Source: an uncultured virus (IMG/VR IMGVR_UViG_3300011813_000035)
Lineage: Duplodnaviria; Heunggongvirae; Uroviricota; Caudoviricetes
Strand: one strand, 5' to 3'
Virus record (IMG/VR): IMGVR_UViG_3300011813_000035
Span: 113,195-133,194 of that record
DNA: 20,000 nt
Shown here one piece after another: positions 8,256 to 14,204 of the stretch. The notes under the pieces were generated by a model. The model saw only the letters and a list, made by a program, of their open reading frames with translations. It was not told where the DNA came from and did not search any database. Each line of letters begins with the position of its first letter. The first letter of the stretch is position 1. A program made the position numbers and the translations under genes.

Positions 8256-9206
8256 TTATTTTTCTTTAGAAAACTTATATAAATTCTGATATTGACCAGG
8301 ATTGACTTGACGAATGGCAGTTAGTAATCCTTGAAGACGCTTCTTAGATTTTTCTGGATTTAATTTTAGCTCAGTTAATTCATGTATTACCTTAAGGCGC
8401 ATTGAGTTTCGAGGTATGGGATTTCCATTCCTGTCAAGAACAACTCCAGTAATAAGTTTTGGATAATTCTTGGTATACGTTTTAACTTTTGACTTGGAAA
8501 TCATATAATGATATTTTGTTACTATTTTATTAACCATAGTTTTAAATCGATAATTAATTTTATTAGCACAAGAAAATGTTACATCGTCGGCATATATTGT
8601 CATAACTATATTATTTTTAGAAGATAGATTATATAATTCATCAAACATTGGTCTATTTACTAAGTATGATAAAATTGGGCTGGCTGGAGAACCCGTTGCT
8701 AAATGGTTTGAATTTTTTAATTTCTTTTGCATATAAAAACTTTCAACTTTATCAACATTTTTTAAGGGACACAAAGTTAAATCAACTGTTGTTAAGTTGG
8801 TAAGAATATTTGCAATATCAGGGGAGGTTTTGAGTTCATTAATAAAAAATAAATAGACATATTCTCGAGGTATACATGGGAAGAAAGCTGTTAAATCAAT
8901 TTTATATACATACTTATTCCCTTTATGGATTAATGCGTTATCATAATATGATTTACCTTTAACACCTGAAAAAACATAGTTTGGAACTTTTATTTGACTT
9001 AATTGAGATTTGAGCGATCTTTGAATTTGTTTGACACTGTAAGATGGCGCTTCAACCAATCTTGGTTTAGCTTTCGTATCAATGTAGATATTGTATTCCA
9101 TTGCAATATCTTTTTGATTAAAACTATTCTTATTTGTAATCTTTAATAAGTACCTTAAAGATTTTTTTGACTTTAAGTTATATATTTTACAGTTTGTATA
9201 ATTCAT
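8256..9206 (-). CDS. Retron-type reverse transcriptase
   Basis: KIDLTAFF, LATGSPASPILS (variant of PQG..TSP), catalytic YADD, retron region X NALIH (NAxxH) and region Y ITG (VTG-like). 316 aa with no maturase or endonuclease domain. RBS AAGGAG at 9214-9219. Confidence 0.9.
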   Translation of the reverse strand: MNYTNCKIYNLKSKKSLRYLLKITNKNSFNQKDIAMEYNIYIDTKAKPRLVEAPSYSVKQIQRSLKSQLSQIKVPNYVFSGVKGKSYYDNALIHKGNKYVYKIDLTAFFPCIPREYVYLFFINELKTSPDIANILTNLTTVDLTLCPLKNVDKVESFYMQKKLKNSNHLATGSPASPILSYLVNRPMFDELYNLSSKNNIVMTIYADDVTFSCANKINYRFKTMVNKIVTKYHYMISKSKVKTYTKNYPKLITGVVLDRNGNPIPRNSMRLKVIHELTELKLNPEKSKKRLQGLLTAIRQVNPGQYQNLYKFSKEK

Positions 9207-9236
9207 ACAAACACTCCTTGCTTTTTAGTGCTAGTA

Positions 9237-9461
9237 TCAATCCTTAACAATCTCATATAATAACTGGATGAAACGAGATAGGGTTTTAGGATCAACGTGT
9301 GGTGCAATCAGTGATACGATAAGTAAAGCAACAATGAAGAGTAGTAGTGCTACTATTAACTGACCCAAATTAATATTGTAATTATTATTAATGGTACAAT
9401 TGGTCAAGTTGGTCTGATTGTTGCTAAAAATTTGTGGATTTTTATCATCCGGTTTTTTCAT
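9237..9461 (-). CDS. 74-aa Asn-rich, single-transmembrane protein; candidate retron effector/toxin
   Basis: RBS AAGGAGG (9468-9474); NNQTNLTNCTINNNYNIN then hydrophobic LIVALLLFIVALLIVSLIA and an amphipathic C-terminal helix; lies between the ncRNA and the RT. Confidence 0.75.
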   Translation of the reverse strand: MKKPDDKNPQIFSNNQTNLTNCTINNNYNINLGQLIVALLLFIVALLIVSLIAPHVDPKTLSRFIQLLYEIVKD

Positions 9462-9468
9462 AATTCAC

Positions 9469-9523
9469 CTCCTTGTTATTATTGGCTCCATATGGAGTCT
9501 CCCAATCCATTAATAACAAAGAG
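9469..9523 (-). promoter_or_regulatory. SD-sequestering hairpin in front of the 74-aa ORF
   Basis: RNA CUCUUUGUUAUUA (9523-9511) pairs with UAAUAACAAGGAG (9481-9469): 13 bp with one G-U. Inner palindrome CTCCATATGGAG at 9486-9497. Confidence 0.75.
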
Positions 9524-9810
9524 ATACATAACCTTGCATCACTATACTAGCACAAAACTTACTCCCTATTTTTTTCTATAGGAGATTAAAATTTCAAAAC
9601 CAACCGATTACCTTTTCATTGATGACATAGTCCTACGAACAAACACTTCGCACCGCACCTTTTCCGATACCCGGGGGAGGTACAATCATCTCGTCTCCAC
9701 TATTGTCGTCGAAAGGGATTGGGGTTTTAAAAATACTCAGAAGGCTCTGAGTAGCATTCATGTTGGTAGCATGAACCATATTGGGAGAAATCTGGTTATT
9801 ATTCACTGAC
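9498..9810 (-). ncRNA. Putative retron ncRNA (msr-msd)
   Basis: 9-bp inverted repeat at 9780-9788/9498-9506 (a2/a1-like); GG at 9777-9776 just inside; two short hairpins (9757-9775, 9734-9753); long branched stem 9592-9732; further hairpin 9562-9584; promoter immediately upstream. Confidence 0.7.
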
Positions 9811-9816
9811 ATGGGC

Positions 9817-9845
9817 ATTATATCATATTTTGGAAAAAACATCAA
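9817..9845 (-). promoter_or_regulatory. SigmaA promoter TTGATG-N17-TATAAT with extended -10 TG
   Basis: -35 at 9840-9845, -10 at 9817-9822 preceded by TGA; transcription start predicted near 9810. Confidence 0.85.
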
Positions 9846-9872
9846 TTAAAATTGGGATTTTAAAGGAGGGTT

Positions 9873-10406
9873 ATGACAGATAAAGAAAGAATATTAATGA
9901 CAATAATTACTAGAATAATTCCAGGCTTGATGTATTGTGGTAATTCATATGAAAAGAGAGAAGAATATGTTAAATCATATATGCTTGATACGGCTGGACT
10001 CGAAAGTGGAGATCTAGTATTTGCGAATACATCAATCTATCCGAATGATTTTATAGTAGGGTTTATTCACGAAATTAAGCCTGATTGTATCGTCATAAGA
10101 GAAATCGGGAGCGATAGATTGTGTAATTACTATAATGAAATGTTTACAAAAATCAACAAAGACAAACTTGGATATGAGATATTGGAAGGAGTTCAATATA
10201 AAACATATCATAAGGTATTAAAAGCTTTTAGCGATTATGCAAGTTATGCAACAAAGTTTAAATATATTTCATTTGACGAAAACACGTGCACTGTCCAGTC
10301 AAGAATAATGTTTTCAGATGAAATCAAGTATGAAATAAAATTTAAATATGATAGTAAAACCACTATTAAGAGTATTGGAAAACTAATTAAAGAAAAGGAG
10401 GTTTAA
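9873..10406 (+). CDS. Hypothetical phage protein
   Basis: RBS AAAGGAGG, 177 aa. Confidence 0.75.
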   Translation: MTDKERILMTIITRIIPGLMYCGNSYEKREEYVKSYMLDTAGLESGDLVFANTSIYPNDFIVGFIHEIKPDCIVIREIGSDRLCNYYNEMFTKINKDKLGYEILEGVQYKTYHKVLKAFSDYASYATKFKYISFDENTCTVQSRIMFSDEIKYEIKFKYDSKTTIKSIGKLIKEKEV

Positions 10407-11033
10407 ATGGGGTATAAGGATATTTTGGGCAGAGAACTCCACGACGGAGATATTTGTGTCGGAAAAGGAACGGGTAGAGATGTATGTGGAATGGACGTTG
10501 GTATATGGTCTGGCAAATCTATTGCATTTAAGGGCGGAAATAAACGTTCAATGGGAGATGTATTTCTTGTAGTAAATCCAACAGAAGAAGAACTGACAAT
10601 TAAAAGTGATATTGAAAAATCTTTAATTGAAAGCGAGAACAAAAGACTAGAAAGAGATTCTGTAAAAACAATACCACTAAGTAAACTTGAAGTTGGTGGA
10701 ATATATGAATGTAACAATAATTACTTGTACCTGTATTTAGGAAAACGCAAAGTCACATTTAAAAATCTACAGTATAAAAATTCTGATCCTAAAGTTCAGG
10801 AGGGACATTGCTTTGTTTTTGCTTGCGGATCTGATGACGAAAAAATAAAGAAAGATATCGTTGAAATTGGAACGTATCATGGAAATCATAGAATAGAAGT
10901 ATTGAAGGGAAATAAGAAACTCACAAAACTAATTCGCAAGATTGATTTAGAGTTCCCCATGGTTAATGAGGTGCATAGCGAAGGATACCTCAGATATAGT
11001 CCAAATTATCATTATGAATTAACAGTAGAATAG
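10407..11033 (+). CDS. Hypothetical phage protein
   Basis: RBS AAGGAGG; abuts the previous stop; N-terminal KDILGRELHDGD pattern is common in phage proteins. Confidence 0.75.
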   Translation: MGYKDILGRELHDGDICVGKGTGRDVCGMDVGIWSGKSIAFKGGNKRSMGDVFLVVNPTEEELTIKSDIEKSLIESENKRLERDSVKTIPLSKLEVGGIYECNNNYLYLYLGKRKVTFKNLQYKNSDPKVQEGHCFVFACGSDDEKIKKDIVEIGTYHGNHRIEVLKGNKKLTKLIRKIDLEFPMVNEVHSEGYLRYSPNYHYELTVE

Positions 11034-11067
11034 CTTTAAAATTTAACATTCATTCGCGAAGTGGGAG

Positions 11068-11328
11068 GTGACTGTTATTAATTATGAATTATATAGAAGA
11101 CTAATTATGATTGCAATAGACGGGGAAAGGTATGAAATATATCTTTATTGTAACAAATCGGACTTTCATCTGTTTGATGAGATGTTACAGAATTGTAAGT
11201 TCTTGTATGTAAGGGATTTTGAAATACACTACAAAGATCCAAATTATGTTTATAAAATAAATAACACTTCGGGTGTCGTGCAAATAAATATGAATTGCAT
11301 AAGAGAATATTATTATGAACTGATTTAA
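11068..11328 (+). CDS. Hypothetical protein (start uncertain)
   Basis: 86-aa ORF between two boundary motifs; GGGAGG overlaps the GTG, so the real start may be slightly downstream. Confidence 0.55.
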   Translation: MTVINYELYRRLIMIAIDGERYEIYLYCNKSDFHLFDEMLQNCKFLYVRDFEIHYKDPNYVYKINNTSGVVQINMNCIREYYYELI

Positions 11329-11358
11329 AAGTGTAGATTCATATGGAAAGGAGTAGCC

Positions 11359-11586
11359 GTGGTAATTGGAAAAATTGTAAATAAGCAGACTAATCAAGAT
11401 GTATGTCAGAATTACTTAAATAAAGAATTAAGAGATTTTGAAGCAAATATTGGAGAAGATTTAAAAATCATCTACACAAATGGGTCATTCTTTACTCACG
11501 AAAAGGTGTTAGAGTGTGACCAAGATGATTATGGATTTTGGATTGAGACTACTAATAAATTATGGAGAATTGATAACCATACATAA
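11359..11586 (+). CDS. Hypothetical protein
   Basis: RBS AAAGGAG, GTG start, bracketed by boundary motifs. Confidence 0.7.
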   Translation: MVIGKIVNKQTNQDVCQNYLNKELRDFEANIGEDLKIIYTNGSFFTHEKVLECDQDDYGFWIETTNKLWRIDNHT

Positions 11587-11684
11587 ATGCATTGTTTCAT
11601 AAATCTAAGATAAGCATTAATGGCTTGTCGTCTAACAAACAACAATCCCAACAATTTTACAATTAAATATAGGAGGCAAAGAAC

Positions 11685-11885
11685 ATTAAAGGAATTATTT
11701 ACGCCGAAGATTTAGCTATGGAATTATTAAAACATCCCAAGGCTCTGGTTTGTGCTGGCAAAATGGGATCAGATACATATAGAAATGACAGGAAAATAGA
11801 GAATATATTTTTGAGAGACGGAGATACCCTCGTCTTAAGTATTGATGATTATTGTACCAATGGAGAATTAAAATATTTCAAATAG
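11685..11885 (+). CDS. 66-aa hypothetical protein with a non-canonical ATT start (not in track)
   Basis: AGGAGG at 11671-11676, 8 nt before ATT; open to TAG 11883-11885 (IKGIIYAEDLAMELLKHPKALVCAGKMG...). Confidence 0.5.
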   Translation: MKGIIYAEDLAMELLKHPKALVCAGKMGSDTYRNDRKIENIFLRDGDTLVLSIDDYCTNGELKYFK

Positions 11886-11900
11886 AAAGGAAAGTAGTAA

Positions 11901-12485
11901 ATGCAAATAAGCAACGTAAATGTTTATGGATTAGAAAATGCCATTAGGGTTAGCAAGTTTCCTATGGCAGTAAACGTTGAAGACTGTACATGTGAAACAA
12001 TCAAAACAACATCAAAATTAGGGTCGTGCAAATCAGGCAGTGGTCATGATAATTATATAAAAGGGATCATCGTACAGTTTGATATGAGATTCAGTAACAA
12101 GATGTCCGTGGAACTTGAAAGATACCACTTCATTGATTTCATATCTAGTCAGTCAACTATGCATCGTATTACAAAATTCATGCTTGAAGATCAATGTAAT
12201 GAATTTGTAGATCAGAGAGTTATTGATATTGTCCAGGAAATGATTGATGTCTATAACGGATTAGAAGATAAGGGCACTGAATTTGCCAAGGATCTATATT
12301 TAAGAATTTTATATAATATCCCTTCAGGATTTGAATTAACCGCTGGATTCACAACAAATTACCAGCAATTGAAAACAATCTATTGGCAGCGTAGAAATCA
12401 TCGGCTCCCTGAGTGGCGAGCGTTCTGTAAATGGGTAGAAACTTTGCCAAAGTTTGGAGAATTAGTATTGGGAGGTGAAAAATAA
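11901..12485 (+). CDS. ThyX-like (flavin-dependent thymidylate synthase fold) phage protein
   Basis: GHDNY, ELERYHF...SQSTMHR, NYQQLKTIYWQRRNHRLPEW pattern; located in the nucleotide-metabolism block. Confidence 0.55.
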   Translation: MQISNVNVYGLENAIRVSKFPMAVNVEDCTCETIKTTSKLGSCKSGSGHDNYIKGIIVQFDMRFSNKMSVELERYHFIDFISSQSTMHRITKFMLEDQCNEFVDQRVIDIVQEMIDVYNGLEDKGTEFAKDLYLRILYNIPSGFELTAGFTTNYQQLKTIYWQRRNHRLPEWRAFCKWVETLPKFGELVLGGEK

Positions 12486-13013
12486 TTGATCGTTATTTTA
12501 GGAGAGAGTGCTAGTGGTAAATCCACAGTGCAGGATATCTTATGTAAAAATTATGGATATGTAAGACTAATTACATACACAACAAGAAGCCCAAGAGAAG
12601 GCGAAGAAAACGGAGTAGATTATCATTTTATTTCAGAAGATACGTTTGAAGAAATGAGCAGAAAAGGAGAGTTCTGTGAAACGGCAGAATACAATGGTTG
12701 GCACTATGCAACTGCGAAAGCTGATTGTACTGATAATAAAGTAGTCGTACTTACACCCCACGGACTAAGGCAGATGAAAAAATTTGATGAACTTACTCTT
12801 GATGCTTTCTATATTGACGTGCCAAGAAGAGACAGGCTTATTAAAATTTTACAGCGCGGTGACAGCATAGAGGAGGCATATCGGAGATCTCTTTCTGATG
12901 TCGGACAGTTTGACGGTATTAGGGATGAAGTAGATTCTACGTTTTGTAATCCTGGATATAAAAAGAGTCCGGAAGAAGTTGCGAAAGAAATTATTAGTAG
13001 ATTAAGGAGATGA
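12486..13013 (+). CDS. gmk: Guanylate kinase
   Basis: GESASGKST, TTRSPREGEENGVDYHF, YNGWHYAT. Confidence 0.88.
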   Translation: MIVILGESASGKSTVQDILCKNYGYVRLITYTTRSPREGEENGVDYHFISEDTFEEMSRKGEFCETAEYNGWHYATAKADCTDNKVVVLTPHGLRQMKKFDELTLDAFYIDVPRRDRLIKILQRGDSIEEAYRRSLSDVGQFDGIRDEVDSTFCNPGYKKSPEEVAKEIISRLRR

Positions 13014-13044
13014 AAGATGGTTTTCATTTGAGAGGAGATAAGGT

Positions 13045-13257
13045 ATGGTATTTGACCAGAATTGTTTAGCCACATATAAGGGAGAAAATAGTCCTATGGG
13101 TTTTACCAAGGGGCATATTTACGAAGTTATAGTTGAGCAAAGGAAGCATGGTTGTGAATTATCTGTTTATCACGATACCACAATCAACCATGATTTTGTT
13201 AAAGAAAAAATCCCATATGCGAGTGAAAAAAGTTTACAGCACTTTTGGGAGTTTTAA
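13045..13257 (+). CDS. Hypothetical protein
   Basis: RBS GAGGAG, 70 aa. Confidence 0.65.
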   Translation: MVFDQNCLATYKGENSPMGFTKGHIYEVIVEQRKHGCELSVYHDTTINHDFVKEKIPYASEKSLQHFWEF

Positions 13258-13268
13258 GGAGGGATTGA

Positions 13269-13739
13269 ATGAAACATGTTTGGTTATGTGGAGCATCTGA
13301 AAAAGTTAGTTTTGAAGATAGCAATGAGTGGAGAAAGGATTGTGTTACATGGTTTGAAAACAATTCTGACCATCTTAGGGCTTGGAATCCAAATACTTAT
13401 TATAATTACAGCGAGCAGCTTCATCGCACTGATCATGAAATTAATAAATTTTGTAATTACAAAGTTACAGAAGCAGGTGTGATTCTTGTGAATTTAAAGG
13501 ATATCAGGAAATCGGTTGGGAGCATTGCCGAACTTACATTGGCTGATTATATAAGAAAACCAATTGTAGGATTTTTGGAAAATGATGCTTATGTAGATTT
13601 CCATTTGGATGGAGCAGTAGAAGAAGCATTGAAGCGTGAGATACACCCATGGGTTTATGATTTTTGTGGAAGAATTGAAACAGGGTATGATGCAAAATTA
13701 AATGCACTTGAATATATAGAACGATATTATGGAGAATAG
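13269..13739 (+). CDS. Nucleoside 2-deoxyribosyltransferase-like protein
   Basis: VWLCGA...WR...WNP...VILVNL...SVGSIAELTLA...KPIVG pattern of the NDT superfamily. Confidence 0.65.
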   Translation: MKHVWLCGASEKVSFEDSNEWRKDCVTWFENNSDHLRAWNPNTYYNYSEQLHRTDHEINKFCNYKVTEAGVILVNLKDIRKSVGSIAELTLADYIRKPIVGFLENDAYVDFHLDGAVEEALKREIHPWVYDFCGRIETGYDAKLNALEYIERYYGE

Positions 13740-13749
13740 GAGGGAGTGA

Positions 13750-14190
13750 ATGACAGTATTTTTATTATGTTGTTTGGTATTACTTTTCATATCAAGGGTT
13801 AAAGAAACTCCATCGATGCTAAGTGAAAAGCGATACTCCAAAAAAATACGAGATATCATTAAAAATAATGAAGAGTTTCTAAATAACATACCAACTAAGA
13901 AAGGTTTACGCGTTGAGAAGTTAACTAAAATAGCAGTGTATTTATATTCGGCTGTTTTAATTTTAATTTACGCCTTCATTGGTAACTCCATAAATTCACC
14001 ATTTGTTAATTTTTTATCTTTTATCCAGATTTGTACGGTAGTGGTAACTATGCGGTTGCAACGAAATGTAAATCCTATTAGTTTGTACATAGATGATTTC
14101 CGGTTTTATAGATGGTATTTCCTATTTAATGTGGTTCTGGATTATGTGTATTATCCATTGACGTTTGTAATGTTACTGATGAGCTACTAA
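13750..14190 (+). CDS. Membrane protein (about 4 hydrophobic segments)
   Basis: Hydrophobic stretches; RBS AGGAGG. Confidence 0.7.
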   Translation: MTVFLLCCLVLLFISRVKETPSMLSEKRYSKKIRDIIKNNEEFLNNIPTKKGLRVEKLTKIAVYLYSAVLILIYAFIGNSINSPFVNFLSFIQICTVVVTMRLQRNVNPISLYIDDFRFYRWYFLFNVVLDYVYYPLTFVMLLMSY

Positions 14191-14204
14191 AAAGGAGAGA
14201 TGTA

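Larger units (their letters stand above)
1182..13026. repeat. Dispersed 16-bp boundary motif T(A/G)AAA-N6-(T/A)TT(C/T)A, 17 copies
   Basis: Copies start at 1182 TGAAT-TCTGTG-TTTCA, 1355 TAAAA-CTCCGC-TTTCA, 3248 TGAAA-TTAAAG-ATTTA, 3864 TGAAA-GAATGA-TTTCT, 4285 ATAAA-ATATGA-TTTCA, 4423 TTAAA-TGACGA-TTTCA, 5939 TGAAA-GAGAGG-TTTCA, 6264 TAAAA-GCGATG-TTTCA, 6734 TAGAA-TAATAC-ATTCA, 7013 TAAAA-CAAACC-TTTCA, 7380 TGAAA-TCAACA-TTTGA, 8191 TAAAA-CGGAAG-TTTTA, 9847 TAAAA-TTGGGA-TTTTA, 11037 TAAAA-TTTAAC-ATTCA, 11326 TAAAA-GTGTAG-ATTCA, 11584 TAAAT-GCATTG-TTTCA, 13011 TGAAA-GATGGT-TTTCA. Confidence 0.8.

Noticed and set aside
8256..9206. Group II intron or DGR reverse transcriptase
   Set aside because: Too short for an intron-encoded protein, no maturase domain or interrupted gene; no TR/VR repeat pair or avd gene seen; NAxxH and ITG point to retrons.
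9238..9543. DRT2-style never-ending ORF (neo) in a concatemer of the loop
   Set aside because: All three + frames contain stops, the ORF frame on the minus strand has a TGA just before its ATG, and the ATCA-joined unit is 302 nt (not a multiple of 3). The RT motifs look retron-like.
9633..9845. 70-aa minus-strand ORF upstream of the small TM gene
   Set aside because: Its start lies in the -35 box, upstream of the predicted transcription start; it has no RBS and overlaps the structured ncRNA.
1182..13026. Boundary motif as a CRISPR repeat, terminator or classical attC
   Set aside because: Spacing follows genes rather than a fixed period; 5-bp AT arms are too weak for terminators and lack U-tracts; no GTTRRRY/RYYYAAC boxes or long attC hairpins.
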